Shown piece by piece: positions 8,363 through 18,106 of a stretch of DNA of 35,636 nt. How positions within the stretch are numbered: the stretch's first letter is position 1; every line of letters begins with the position of its first letter. The notes below the pieces were generated by a model that did not search any database, was not told the DNA's origin, and saw nothing but the letters and a program-made list of their open reading frames with translations. The position numbers and the translations under genes were made by a program. Origin of the DNA: an uncultured Anaeroplasmataceae bacterium (GTDB lineage: Bacteria > Bacillota_I > Bacilli_A > Acholeplasmatales > Anaeroplasmataceae); the NCBI GenBank assembly GCA_934229535.1, contig CAKQDS010000019.1, positions 1-35,636 of the forward strand, given 5' to 3'.

Positions 8363-9142
8363 TTGTTAAGATATTGTATTCTAACTAAGAATGATACTAA
8401 GGCTTTAGAAATAAAGGAAGTATTAATTAAAAGAATAACACTTGAATATGACGAAAAAAAGCCGGACTATATTATTACTATCGGTGGTGATGGGACAATT
8501 TTAGGGGCAATTCAAAATTATATTTATGAAAATCCTGAGGTAATTATTTTTGGACTTCATTTAGGACATTTAGGCTTTTTCACTAATTATATGATTGAAG
8601 AAATAGATGATTTAGTCTCTAACATAAACAATCGAAATTTTAAAATTGAACATGCACCATTATTAAGCTTTTATATTGATTCTAAATTTTGTGGCTATGC
8701 TTTAAATGAAGTTAGTATTTTGTGTCCAACAAGAACGCTTAAGCTTGATGTTTATATTGATAATGAAAAGCTTGAAACCTATCGAGGAACTGGATTATGT
8801 ATATCAACATCGTATGGCTCTACAGCATATAATAAAAGTCTTCATGGTAGTGTTGTAGATAATAGCCTTAATGTGTTACAGATAACAGAAATTGCAGGAA
8901 TAAATTCCAATGCTTATCGTACACTAACATCATCATTATTACTTGCTGCTGACAAAACTATTTGTTTGAAGACGGTTGAGGAAGGTAAAATTACTATTAC
9001 CTATGATAATAAGGTTATTGAGGAAAATGAATTTACTACTTTTATCTGTAGGCTTGAAAATCATTTTATCAATTTTGCTTATAACAAGCATCAAAGCTTT
9101 TTAAAGAGAATAACAAGAACATTTATCGATGAAAAAAAGTAG
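8363..9142 (+). CDS. nadK: NAD+ kinase
   Basis: GGDGTILGA motif, NEV motif and 'DGxxxTxxGSTAY'-like GLCISTSYGSTAY. Start re-set to the in-frame TTG at 8363 (SD ggaaggaag 7 nt upstream); the ORF-track ATG at 8309 lies within the TGtTATAAT promoter (~8331-8339). Confidence 0.85.
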   Translation: MLRYCILTKNDTKALEIKEVLIKRITLEYDEKKPDYIITIGGDGTILGAIQNYIYENPEVIIFGLHLGHLGFFTNYMIEEIDDLVSNINNRNFKIEHAPLLSFYIDSKFCGYALNEVSILCPTRTLKLDVYIDNEKLETYRGTGLCISTSYGSTAYNKSLHGSVVDNSLNVLQITEIAGINSNAYRTLTSSLLLAADKTICLKTVEEGKITITYDNKVIEENEFTTFICRLENHFINFAYNKHQSFLKRITRTFIDEKK

Positions 9143-9157
9143 AATTAGATCTACTTT
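9136..9157. terminator. Compact bidirectional terminator embedding both convergent stop codons (nadK TAG and clpP TAG)
   Basis: Hairpin aagtaga-attaga-tctactt with an A7 run on the 5' side and ttt on the 3' side. Confidence 0.5.
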
Positions 9158-9717
9158 AAAATTTCATCGATTAATTTATATTCAAGAGCTTGTGTGGCTG
9201 TCATAAAATTATCTCTTTCACAAGCATTGGTAATTTCAGTGACAGATTTATGACAAAGTGTGGCGAGAATTTCATTCATTTGCTCTTTAATTCTTAATAA
9301 TCTTTTAGAGTGAATTGCAACATCACTAACCTGACCGCTAAAGCCACCAAGAGGCTGGTGAATCATTATCTCACTATGTAAAAGTGCATATCTTTTAGCA
9401 CCAGCAGCTAAGATAAATGAAGCCATTGAGGCTGCAATGCCAATACAAATTGTATTTACATTTGACTTTATGTAATTCATAGTATCAAATATTGCCATAC
9501 CAGCTGTAATTGATCCTCCCGGAGAAGAAATATAAATATAGATATCTTCATGGGAAATACTATCAAGATATAACAATTCAGAAACAATGATACTACTTAA
9601 ATGATCATCAATTTCACCTGTAAGAATGATAATTCTATCTTGTAAAAGTCTTGAATAGATATCAAAGGCTCTTTCTTGATTCTCACTTTTTTCTAACACA
9701 TATGGAATATAATTCAT
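9151..9717 (-). CDS. clpP: ATP-dependent Clp protease proteolytic subunit
   Basis: SPGGSITAGMAIFDTM, active-site GIAASMAS, MIHQPLGG. Length 188 aa. Confidence 0.93.
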   Translation of the reverse strand: MNYIPYVLEKSENQERAFDIYSRLLQDRIIILTGEIDDHLSSIIVSELLYLDSISHEDIYIYISSPGGSITAGMAIFDTMNYIKSNVNTICIGIAASMASFILAAGAKRYALLHSEIMIHQPLGGFSGQVSDVAIHSKRLLRIKEQMNEILATLCHKSVTEITNACERDNFMTATQALEYKLIDEILK

Positions 9718-9750
9718 TTGTTTTTCCTACCTTTCATTCCAATATTATAC

Positions 9751-9764
9751 TGGAAACGTTTACA
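9751..9764. promoter_or_regulatory. cre-like palindrome TGGAAACGTTTACA (candidate CcpA site) between clpP and gap
   Basis: Fits the cre consensus TGNAANCGNWNNCW at every position, with a palindromic core AAACGTTT. It sits ~35 nt upstream of the gap -35 element. Confidence 0.35.
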
Positions 9765-9798
9765 TTATTTTGTCATTATTTGTTGAGCGGAAAAAATG

Positions 9799-9826
9799 TT
9801 GAAATTATATGTAGTTGTGGTACAAT
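9799..9826 (+). promoter_or_regulatory. gap promoter TTGAAA-N16-TGgTACAAT (extended -10)
   Basis: Hexamers and TG motif read directly from the sequence. Confidence 0.55.
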
Positions 9827-9869
9827 ATAAATGAAGAAATTCAAAACATTTTTTAGGAGGAATTATAAT

Positions 9870-10901
9870 ATGGCTATTAAAGTAGCAATTAATGGTTTTG
9901 GACGTATTGGCCGTTTAGCATTTAGACAAATGTTTGGTGCTGAAGGTTATGAAATCGTTGCAATTAACGATTTAACTGATCCATCTATGTTAGCAAATCT
10001 TTTAAAGTATGATACAGCTCAAGGTGGATATTGTGGACGTATTGGTGAAAACTTACACACAGTTGAAGCTGGTGAAGGCTCAATTACTGTAGATGGAAAG
10101 AAGATTACTATTTATGCTGAAAAGGATGCAGTTAATCTTCCTTGGGGACAACTTGGTGTAGATGTAGTACTTGAATGTACTGGTTTTTATACTTCTAAGG
10201 AGAAGGCTTCTGCTCATATTACAGCAGGTGCAAAGAAGGTTGTTATTTCAGCTCCAGCTGGAAAGGATCTTCCAACAGTAGTTTATGGTGTTAACCAAAA
10301 TGTATTAACTACAGAGGATACAGTTATTTCTGCAGCTTCTTGTACTACAAACTGCTTAGCTCCTATGGCTAAGGCATTAAACGATTATGCTCCTATTCAA
10401 TCAGGAATTATGAGCACAATTCATGCTTATACTGGAGATCAAATGATTCTTGACGGACCACATAGAAAAGGCGATAAGCGTAGAGCACGTGCTGGTGCAG
10501 CTAATATCGTTCCAAATTCAACTGGTGCAGCTAAGGCAATCGGTCTTGTTATTCCAGAATTAAATGGTAAGTTAATTGGTTCAGCTCAACGTGTTCCAGT
10601 TCCTACAGGATCAACTACAATTTTAACTGCAGTTGTTAAGAAGGACAATGTTACAGTTGAAGAAGTAAATGCTGCAATGAAGGCTGAGGCTTCTGAGTCA
10701 TTTGGTTATAACGAGGATCCAATCGTATCTTCTGATGTTATCGGTATGCGTTTTGGTTCATTATTTGATGCAACTCAAACTATGGTAAGTAAGATTGCTG
10801 ATGGTTTATTCCAAGTTCAAGTTGTTTCTTGGTATGATAATGAAAATTCATATACTAGCCAAATGGTTAGAACAATCAAATATTTTGCTGAATTAAAGTA
10901 A
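9870..10901 (+). CDS. gap: Type I glyceraldehyde-3-phosphate dehydrogenase
   Basis: [15 protein letters not shown] Rossmann N-terminus and active-site [11 protein letters not shown] aggagg lies 9 nt before ATG 9870; the ORF-track start at 9831 is an extension. Confidence 0.95.
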   Translation: MAIKVAINGFGRIGRLAFRQMFGAEGYEIVAINDLTDPSMLANLLKYDTAQGGYCGRIGENLHTVEAGEGSITVDGKKITIYAEKDAVNLPWGQLGVDVVLECTGFYTSKEKASAHITAGAKKVVISAPAGKDLPTVVYGVNQNVLTTEDTVISAASCTTNCLAPMAKALNDYAPIQSGIMSTIHAYTGDQMILDGPHRKGDKRRARAGAANIVPNSTGAAKAIGLVIPELNGKLIGSAQRVPVPTGSTTILTAVVKKDNVTVEEVNAAMKAEASESFGYNEDPIVSSDVIGMRFGSLFDATQTMVSKIADGLFQVQVVSWYDNENSYTSQMVRTIKYFAELK

Positions 10902-10913
10902 GATAAATAAATT

Positions 10914-10947
10914 TAAAGCTAGGGATTTATCTCTAGCTTTTATTTTT
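10914..10947 (+). terminator. gap terminator
   Basis: Hairpin aaagctag-ggatttatct-ctagcttt followed by a T-run. Confidence 0.8.
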
Positions 10948-10965
10948 TATAGAAAGGATAATAAG

Positions 10966-11835
10966 ATGTTTTTAGTAGAAGATGCAACAACACCAGTAGA
11001 AACAACAGATAAATTTCATGAGATTTTATGGGATATAGTAAACTGGTTATCTACAAGTGGAGTTAAATTATTAATTGGATTAATTGTCTTATTTATTGGC
11101 TGTAAAATCGTTAATCTTATTGCTAAGAGTATAAGAAAGACAATGATTAAAAGAAATGTCGATAAAACTATTACTCAAGTAACTCATTCTGTTCTTAGAA
11201 AAGGATTAAAGATTATTTTATTTGTATGCTTTTTAGGATATGTAGGAATTGATACAGCCGCCTTCGCTTCATTATTTGCTGCTGTAGGTGTTGGAATAAG
11301 CTTAGCAATGCAAGGAGCTTTATCTAACTTTGCTGGTGGACTTGTTATTTTAGTTACAAGACCATTTAAGTTAGGCGATTTTGTTGAAGCTCAAGGTGTT
11401 TCTGGTACAGTTGAAGATATTGAAATGTTTTATACTTATTTTAAAACTCCTGATAATAAGGTTATAATGATTCCTAATGGTACTTTAGCCAATGGTACAA
11501 TTATAAATTATTCATTAAAGGATACTAGAAGAGTTGATTTATTATTCAGTGTTTCATATGATGTTGATTTTAATAAAGCCAAAGAGGTTATAAGAAATGT
11601 TGCTTTAGCTAATGATAAGGTATTACAAAGCCCTGAACCTTTTATTAGGGTAAAAGAACAAGCTGATTCTTCAATAAATATTACTTGCCGTTTATGGAGT
11701 AAAAATGAAGATTATTGGGATGTCTATTTCTATATGATGGAAGAGGTTAAGCTTGCCTTTGATCGTGAGCATATTGATGTTCCTTATCCACAATTAGATA
11801 TTCATGTTAAGGATTTCAATAATAATACAAAATAA
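10966..11835 (+). CDS. mscS: Small-conductance mechanosensitive channel (MscS family)
   Basis: Three TM helices followed by the conserved MscS beta domain GDFVEAQGVSGTVEDIEMFYTYFKTPDNKVIMIPNGTLANGTIINYS. Confidence 0.85.
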   Translation: MFLVEDATTPVETTDKFHEILWDIVNWLSTSGVKLLIGLIVLFIGCKIVNLIAKSIRKTMIKRNVDKTITQVTHSVLRKGLKIILFVCFLGYVGIDTAAFASLFAAVGVGISLAMQGALSNFAGGLVILVTRPFKLGDFVEAQGVSGTVEDIEMFYTYFKTPDNKVIMIPNGTLANGTIINYSLKDTRRVDLLFSVSYDVDFNKAKEVIRNVALANDKVLQSPEPFIRVKEQADSSINITCRLWSKNEDYWDVYFYMMEEVKLAFDREHIDVPYPQLDIHVKDFNNNTK

Positions 11836-11837
11836 TC

Positions 11838-11872
11838 AAAAGAGATCACTATTTACTAGTGACCTCTTTTTT
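11838..11872. terminator. Bidirectional terminator between mscS and the MATE gene
   Basis: Hairpin agagatcacta-tttac-tagtgacctct (1 mismatch) with A-rich 5' and T-rich 3' flanks. It contains the MATE stop codon. Confidence 0.7.
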
Positions 11873-13177
11873 AAAATAAAATATTTTGAATAAAATAATT
11901 GAAACAACAAATGCTAAAATTTCTGTTACAAAAAACGAACTCCATACACCATTCTCATCAAAGAAAATTGATAATAAATAAGCAATAAAAATAATAGCGA
12001 TATAACGGATAAGAGAAATAATAAGTGAAGGAACTCCTTTGCTTATTCCTTCAAAAAAGCCACTAATTACTACCGAAAAGGCCGAAATTATAAATCCGAT
12101 AGAAATAATTCTTATTGCCCTTGCACCCATTTTAATTGTTTCCCCGTTTGTTGTAAATAAGCTAATTAATTTATCAGGGATACAGGCAAATAATATTGTT
12201 CCTAAGCTCATAACAATTATGCTTAAAATAAGGGTTATTTTGAATATTTTATTAACTCTATCCTTACATTTTGCTCCATAATTATAGCCAAGTAAGGGTC
12301 TGATACCCTGGACAATACCACTTATTATGAAATATAAGAAGGTTTGGAGCTTATAATAAACACCTAAAATCAAAACATTTACATCGTTATAGCTAGCAAG
12401 AACTTTGTTTAAGGCTATTATCATAAATGATGGTAGGGCAAGATTTAATGATGCAGGAATACCTATTGTATATAATTTTTTAATACTGTGATCCTTTTCT
12501 TCCTCAGAAAAAGTGATTTTTAGAGGTAATTTTACCTTAAGATAAACAATAATATAGGTGATAAGACCTACAAGTAGCCCTATGCCAGTAGCAATTGCTG
12601 CTCCCTTTATTCCTAGGCCTAAATTTGTAATGAAAATTGGATCTAGGATGATATTAACTACGGCACCTATTGCCATACAAACCATTGTTGTCTTCATCTT
12701 ACCAATTGCCTGTAATATTTTTTCTAGGGCCATACTTACTGTAATTATTGGGGCAAATAATACAACAATATAAAAATAGTCTAGGCCGTATTTAATTATT
12801 TCTTCATTTTTGGTAAAGGCCATTATAAATGGCTTTGCAATTATAAAGCAAATAATACTTAAAATAATACCATGAACTATGCTTAAAATAACTCCTATAG
12901 TAGCTGAATAGCTAGCATTTTTATCTTTCTTAGCTCCAAGATAATAGGAAACAACAGCATTTATACCTACGCCAAAGCCAATTCCGAAGGCATTTGCTAA
13001 ATATTGAATAGGGAATATTAAAGAAATTGCAGTCATAGCATTTTCACTTACCTTAGCTACAAAATAGCTATCAACTATATTGTATAGTGCATTGATGACC
13101 ATTGAAATAACCATAGGAAGTGACATTTTGAAAATTAATTTTGGTATTGAATCGTTTTTCATATATTCTTGATTCAT
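11849..13177 (-). CDS. MATE family efflux transporter
   Basis: 442 aa, 12 predicted TM helices, and a MATE-like N-terminus (IPKLIFKMSLPMVISMVINALYNIVDSYFVAKVS). SD aaggagg lies 8 nt before the ATG. Confidence 0.8.
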   Translation of the reverse strand: MNQEYMKNDSIPKLIFKMSLPMVISMVINALYNIVDSYFVAKVSENAMTAISLIFPIQYLANAFGIGFGVGINAVVSYYLGAKKDKNASYSATIGVILSIVHGIILSIICFIIAKPFIMAFTKNEEIIKYGLDYFYIVVLFAPIITVSMALEKILQAIGKMKTTMVCMAIGAVVNIILDPIFITNLGLGIKGAAIATGIGLLVGLITYIIVYLKVKLPLKITFSEEEKDHSIKKLYTIGIPASLNLALPSFMIIALNKVLASYNDVNVLILGVYYKLQTFLYFIISGIVQGIRPLLGYNYGAKCKDRVNKIFKITLILSIIVMSLGTILFACIPDKLISLFTTNGETIKMGARAIRIISIGFIISAFSVVISGFFEGISKGVPSLIISLIRYIAIIFIAYLLSIFFDENGVWSSFFVTEILAFVVSIILFKIFYFKKEVTSK

Positions 13178-13201
13178 ATTTTTCCTCCTTTATATTTCGG
13201 G

Positions 13202-13231
13202 CAAAAAAAAACACAGCCCGAGGGTTGTGTG
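13202..13231 (-). terminator. Intrinsic terminator/attenuator in the 5' leader of the MATE gene (also 3' of the MFS gene)
   Basis: On the minus-strand RNA: ACACAACCC-uc-GGGCUGUGU followed by U9, ending ~25 nt before the MATE SD. Confidence 0.6.
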
Positions 13232-13292
13232 GCGAAAAGGGAAATATTCCGGAAAAATCCACATAAGTTTTCGACTAATTCTAACAAAATAA

Positions 13293-14468
13293 TTAGACGT
13301 TGTCAATAGATATTTCCTTTTTGTGTCTATTGATTATTAACAAATAGCATAAATATAGTATGGTAGCAGAGGCACAAATAATACCAATAATTAAATAGGT
13401 GAAATTATAGCCAATTATTTCGATTACTCTACCAAAGATATTACTTGCAATAAAGGAAAATATAGAAGTAAAGATTGCTAGAATAAAAATTGCAGCAGTA
13501 ATATTTTTTAGGCCAACTAGTTTAATTAGGTATTTAATATGAATTGCTAATACACAACCCCAACTTATTCCTCTTAAAAAAACAATGGCAATAATTAAAA
13601 ATATGGGTAGCTTAAAGCCTAATAAGAAAGAACGAAGAAAATACACAGCTCCAGCAAAAATCAAAAATTTAGCTTCATGTCCTTCGTATTTGATTTTTGA
13701 CATAATAAACATTGTTATCACTTCAAATAAAATAATTATTCCTCCTACAATACCATATGTAGAGGTAGATAATCCACATTCCTTTGTTAAAAATAGGCTC
13801 ATAAAATTATCACCTTGAACAGAAATAGTAACAGTAAATAGATAAAATAGAGCATAAAGATAAAAATTTTTGTTTTTTAAAATAGCTTTGTAGTCTTTTT
13901 TAGTATTTTCTTTGTTTTCTAAAACAGGAATTGGATTTAAAAAATGAATAATAATTGAACATAAAATAAAAATAATAGCAGCTATGATTATTGTGATTTT
14001 ATAGTCGAAGCTTTCAATAAAAAAACCCCCTAGTATAGTTCCAAAAACATAAGCTAACGAGCCCATTATTCTTATTTTGGCATAAGGGATGTTATTTTGT
14101 TCAACATATGTTGAAGCAAAGCCGTCCATTAAAGTATAAAAGGGAGAACCGACAATGGCGATTAGGCAGGTAATTATACATATAAGCTCTAATCTATCAA
14201 GAGGAATAAATATTAAGAAAAAGATTCCCTCAATTATTGTTATCCATTTCATTATTTTTTTGTTAGAATTTACGTCCTTTGCTAAATGGTTCCAAAAGGG
14301 ATTACAAATTATGCCAGTGATTGGAGTTATTGATGCCACCATTCCGATATTTCCTTCACTTAATCCCTTGTATGATAAAAAAATTTGAAAAAATGAATAA
14401 AAAAGAGCATCTCCAAAATAACGGATAAAATATAATATTTTTAAAATCGCAAATTCTTTGGTCTTCAT
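13293..14468 (-). CDS. MFS transporter (12 TM)
   Basis: 391 aa with two hydrophobic six-helix halves. Substrate unknown. Confidence 0.7.
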   Translation of the reverse strand: MKTKEFAILKILYFIRYFGDALFYSFFQIFLSYKGLSEGNIGMVASITPITGIICNPFWNHLAKDVNSNKKIMKWITIIEGIFFLIFIPLDRLELICIITCLIAIVGSPFYTLMDGFASTYVEQNNIPYAKIRIMGSLAYVFGTILGGFFIESFDYKITIIIAAIIFILCSIIIHFLNPIPVLENKENTKKDYKAILKNKNFYLYALFYLFTVTISVQGDNFMSLFLTKECGLSTSTYGIVGGIIILFEVITMFIMSKIKYEGHEAKFLIFAGAVYFLRSFLLGFKLPIFLIIAIVFLRGISWGCVLAIHIKYLIKLVGLKNITAAIFILAIFTSIFSFIASNIFGRVIEIIGYNFTYLIIGIICASATILYLCYLLIINRHKKEISIDNV

Positions 14469-14583
14469 AGTTTACTCCTTAAAAAATTAATACTATAATA
14501 GCGCATTTTTAAAGATTGTTCAAGAAAAAAGTTGCAGCATTTAATTAATCTTTGTATAATTAATATAATGTGAGGTAATAATT

Positions 14584-15249
14584 ATGGATTTTAAGGAATA
14601 TATAGATGAAGAATCAAAAAAGGATTATTATCAAAAGCTTAAGGCCTTTGTTAATAATGAATATGAATGTCATATTTGTTATCCTGAATATAAAAGAATT
14701 TTCCATGCAATTAGTGTTACTCCTCTTGATAAGGTTAAGGTTGTAATTTTAGGTCAGGATCCTTATCATGGACCTAATCAAGCTCATGGCTTAGCTTTTA
14801 GTGTTTTATGTGATAAGCTACCACCTTCTTTAAAAAATATTTATAAAGAGATGTCAAGTGACTTAAATGTATGTGTTAATCAGGATGGTAATTTGGAGTA
14901 TTTAGCTAAGCAGGGCGTATTATTATTAAATACAATTTTAACAGTTAGAGCTGGTATGCCTCTTTCTCATAAAAATCAGGGATGGGAAATATTTACTGAT
15001 GGTATAATTAAATTGTTAAATGAGCAGGATAGACCAATTGTATTTATATTATGGGGAGCAAATGCTATTAGTAAAAAAAGATTTCTAAATAATCCAAAGC
15101 ATTTAGTATTAACTTCAGTTCATCCTTCACCATTATCAGCATATGGTGGTTTTTTTGGAAGTAAACCATTTTCAAAGACAAATGATTTTTTGATTAAAAA
15201 CAATGTTGAGCCAATAAAATGGATAAAAAATAGTAGCAATAGCTTATAA
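14584..15249 (+). CDS. ung: Uracil-DNA glycosylase (family 1)
   Basis: GQDPYHGPNQAHGLAFSV water-activating motif and HPSPLS leucine-loop motif. SD gtgaggtaa. Confidence 0.95.
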   Translation: MDFKEYIDEESKKDYYQKLKAFVNNEYECHICYPEYKRIFHAISVTPLDKVKVVILGQDPYHGPNQAHGLAFSVLCDKLPPSLKNIYKEMSSDLNVCVNQDGNLEYLAKQGVLLLNTILTVRAGMPLSHKNQGWEIFTDGIIKLLNEQDRPIVFILWGANAISKKRFLNNPKHLVLTSVHPSPLSAYGGFFGSKPFSKTNDFLIKNNVEPIKWIKNSSNSL

Positions 15250-15268
15250 AACGCATAATATATTATGG

Positions 15269-15739
15269 GTGGTAATTTTGAATACAAATTTTTTAAATAA
15301 TACTATCTCATATATTGTTAAAACAGGGGATTCATTATATACAATTGCTAAAAAGTATAATACAACTGTTGAAGAGCTTATGAAAATAAATCACTTGTCT
15401 AGTTCAATGATTTATCCTAATCAGGTTTTATTTATTCCTTCAACATGTAATATAAATAATGACACATATTTAACTAAAGAATGTGAAAGCATTAATGACA
15501 TTTTGACTAAGTTTAATATTGATTATCAAACACTGGTTAAATACAATGATGTTTTAAAGCTTAAATTATGTGCAAATCAACTTTTAAAGGTTAGAGATAG
15601 TAATTTAAATTCTTTAACCTTATCAAGAAATGATAGTGTTGATGAAATTTTAGCAAAATATCAAAAGTCTCCATATGAGCTACTAAAATTAAATGAAAAA
15701 GAATGGTTTAAAGAAAATGGAAAGATAATTATTGGTTGA
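15269..15739 (+). CDS. LysM-domain protein (1 clear plus 2 degenerate LysM-like repeats, no signal peptide)
   Basis: YIVKTGDSLYTIAKKYNTTVEELMKINHL...VLFIP is a LysM. The start is uncertain (GTG 15269 or TTG 15278 after gggtgg). Confidence 0.6.
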   Translation: MVILNTNFLNNTISYIVKTGDSLYTIAKKYNTTVEELMKINHLSSSMIYPNQVLFIPSTCNINNDTYLTKECESINDILTKFNIDYQTLVKYNDVLKLKLCANQLLKVRDSNLNSLTLSRNDSVDEILAKYQKSPYELLKLNEKEWFKENGKIIIG

Positions 15740-15760
15740 TTATCTTTTTTTCTTTTTTTT
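15721..15760 (+). terminator. Terminator overlapping the LysM stop
   Basis: Hairpin aaagataat-tattggttg-attatcttt followed by a long T-run. Confidence 0.7.
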
Positions 15761-15802
15761 CTTATGTTATAATTTTATTAATTGAAATATGGTGGTGTAA
15801 TT

Positions 15803-17104
15803 ATGAAGATAAGAATAATTGGAGCTGGTCTTGCTGGATGTGAGGCAGCTTATTATTTAGCTAAACGTGGCTATGAAATAGAATTATATGAAATGCGTCC
15901 AAAGAAAAGTACAGGTGCTCATAAAACAGATAAATTTTCTGAGCTTGTTTGTTCTAATTCTTTAAGAAGTGATTCTTTAGAAAATGCTGTAGGAATTTTA
16001 AAAAAAGAAATGGAAGAATTCGATTCATTAATAATTAAGTCAGCAAGAAGTCATAGTGTTTCTGCTGGTGGTGCCTTAGCAGTTGATAGAGAGGGCTTTT
16101 CTTTATATATAACAAATGTAATAAAGAGTATGACTAATATTAAAATTGTTAATGAAGAGGTTACAAGTCTTGATGAAAATATTCCGACTATTATTGCTAG
16201 TGGTCCTTTAACATCTGATTTGCTATCAGAGGAAATTAAAAGAAAGTTTGGAGCCTTTGATTTTTACTTTTTCGATGCCCAAGCTCCTATTGTTTATGCA
16301 GATTCAATTGATTATAGTAAGGCTTATTTCAAAAGTAGATATGATAAGGGCGAGGCTGATTATCTAAATTGCCCAATGAATAAGGAAGAATTTGATAGAT
16401 TTTATGATGCATTAATTAATGCTGAGGGTGTTGAGGTTAAGGATTTTGAAATAAAGGTTTTTGAGGGATGTATGCCTGTTGAGATTATGGCTAAAAGAGG
16501 TCCTCAAACATTAACATTTGGTCCGATGAAGCCAGTCGGCTTAAAAATGCCTAATGGTGAAAAGCCTTATGCTGTTGTACAACTACGTCAGGATGATGCT
16601 GCAAAAAGTATGTATAATTTAGTTGGCTTTCAAACACATTTGAAATTTCCAGAACAAAAAAGAGTTTTTCAAATGATACCAGGTCTTGAAAATGCAAGGT
16701 TTGCTAAATACGGAGTAATGCATAAAAATACTTATATAAATGCTCCTAAGATTTTAAATGCGACTTATCAAACTAAGGAATACCCTAATTTCTTTTTCGC
16801 AGGTCAAATAAGCGGTGTAGAGGGATATGTGGAATCAGCAGCCTCAGGAATTGTTGCTGCTATTAATATGGATAGATATTTAAGAGGAAAAGAGCTTGTT
16901 GAATTTCCAAGAAGTACAATTATGGGATCAATGGCTTATTATATTACTCATAGTAATCCAACTGGATTTGAACCAATGAATGCAAATTTTGGAATTGTAA
17001 GTGAACTTACAGAGCCTCACCATAAAAAAGATAGAAAGGCCTTATATTCTAAAAGAGCCTTAGATACAATAAAGCAAATTAAGGATATGATTATAAATGA
17101 ATGA
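15803..17104 (+). CDS. trmFO: Methylenetetrahydrofolate--tRNA-(uracil54-C5)-methyltransferase TrmFO (Gid)
   Basis: [20 protein letters not shown]-binding N-terminus; 434 aa. SD ggtggtg precedes ATG 15803 (the ORF-track TTG 15782 is an extension). Confidence 0.9.
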   Translation: MKIRIIGAGLAGCEAAYYLAKRGYEIELYEMRPKKSTGAHKTDKFSELVCSNSLRSDSLENAVGILKKEMEEFDSLIIKSARSHSVSAGGALAVDREGFSLYITNVIKSMTNIKIVNEEVTSLDENIPTIIASGPLTSDLLSEEIKRKFGAFDFYFFDAQAPIVYADSIDYSKAYFKSRYDKGEADYLNCPMNKEEFDRFYDALINAEGVEVKDFEIKVFEGCMPVEIMAKRGPQTLTFGPMKPVGLKMPNGEKPYAVVQLRQDDAAKSMYNLVGFQTHLKFPEQKRVFQMIPGLENARFAKYGVMHKNTYINAPKILNATYQTKEYPNFFFAGQISGVEGYVESAASGIVAAINMDRYLRGKELVEFPRSTIMGSMAYYITHSNPTGFEPMNANFGIVSELTEPHHKKDRKALYSKRALDTIKQIKDMIINE

Positions 17105-18011
17105 TGCTGAATTAATTTCCGAATTTATTGAATATTTAGATGCAGAAAGAAATTATTCTAAGAATACTATTGAAGCATATCAAAGAGATATTAATGAATT
17201 TAAGGATTTTATTATTGGTGAAAAATTTGCAAAAAGCATTTTAAACATTAGAATAAATCATCCTAAATATTATATATCTCATCTGACAGAAAATAATGAT
17301 GAAGTTACAACTATTCATCGTAAAATTTCTGCGCTTAGAAGCTTTTATCAATATTTATTAAAAAATGAATATATTGCTGTTAATTATTTTTCAGAGGTGG
17401 TAACTCCTAAAGCTCCTAAAAGATTACCTAAAATTGTTAAAAATGAGGAGCTTGAGCTACTATTTAATTCAATTAATAAGGAAACAACTCTTGGATTTAG
17501 AAATTATTTGATTTTAGAATTATTATTTGCTACAGGAATAAGAGTTAGTGAACTATGTAATATGGAAATAAAAGATATTGATTTTAGTGCTAATGAAATA
17601 ATGATTCATGGTAAAGGCTCTAAGGATAGAATCGTTTTAATGTATGATTCCTTAGCTTCTGAGCTTAAGCATTATATCACATATCAAAGAGTTGAGCTTT
17701 TGTCTAAAAGTGATGAAAATACAAGAATTGTTTTTTTAAATCGAAATGGAACAAATCTTACTACAAGAGGGGTTAGAGTAATACTTAATACAATAATTAA
17801 AAATGCTGGGGAAACCTTTAAGCTCAGCCCACATATGCTAAGGCATAGCTTTGCAACAGCTTTATTGAATAATGGAGCAGATCTTAGAAGTGTTCAGGAG
17901 TTACTTGGACATGAAAATTTATCTACTACACAAATTTATACACATGTTACGTATGAAAGGATGAAGGAGACATATTTTTTAGCACATCCTAGAGCTAAAA
18001 AGAAGATGTGA
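17097..18011 (+). CDS. xerC: Tyrosine recombinase XerC (CodV-like), chromosome dimer resolution
   Basis: C-terminal catalytic region [39 protein letters not shown]. Conserved trmFO-xerC synteny. 8-nt overlap with trmFO. Confidence 0.85.
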   Translation: MNDAELISEFIEYLDAERNYSKNTIEAYQRDINEFKDFIIGEKFAKSILNIRINHPKYYISHLTENNDEVTTIHRKISALRSFYQYLLKNEYIAVNYFSEVVTPKAPKRLPKIVKNEELELLFNSINKETTLGFRNYLILELLFATGIRVSELCNMEIKDIDFSANEIMIHGKGSKDRIVLMYDSLASELKHYITYQRVELLSKSDENTRIVFLNRNGTNLTTRGVRVILNTIIKNAGETFKLSPHMLRHSFATALLNNGADLRSVQELLGHENLSTTQIYTHVTYERMKETYFLAHPRAKKKM

Positions 18012-18106
18012 AAAAAATGTGGAGATAGATTGTTATTTTTTTGAGATTTGATATAATTTATTTGAACATAAATAAAGATATTAGATGTTTAAGAAAGGAA
18101 AATGGT

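Noticed and set aside
9760-9795. Possible CtsR operator upstream of clpP (minus strand)
   Set aside because: Best candidates (TGACAAA-ATA-ATGTAAA) match the GGTCAAA-NAN-GGTCAAA heptad repeat at only about 5 of 7 and 3 of 7 positions. The match is not convincing.
12039-14388. Several 63-80-aa ORFs (12039-12281+, 12558-12773+, 13071-13262-, 13585-13818+, 14155-14388+)
   Set aside because: All lie antisense to, or within, the MATE and MFS transporter genes. Their hydrophobic, AT-biased composition is typical of shadow ORFs. The one at 13071-13262 also runs through the leader terminator.
17097-18011. Tyrosine recombinase as a possible integrase or mobile-element marker
   Set aside because: It shows the conserved trmFO-xerC (gid-codV) synteny and an XerC-type C-terminus, overlaps trmFO, and has no flanking attachment-site repeats or phage or ICE genes. 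It is a housekeeping dimer-resolution recombinase.
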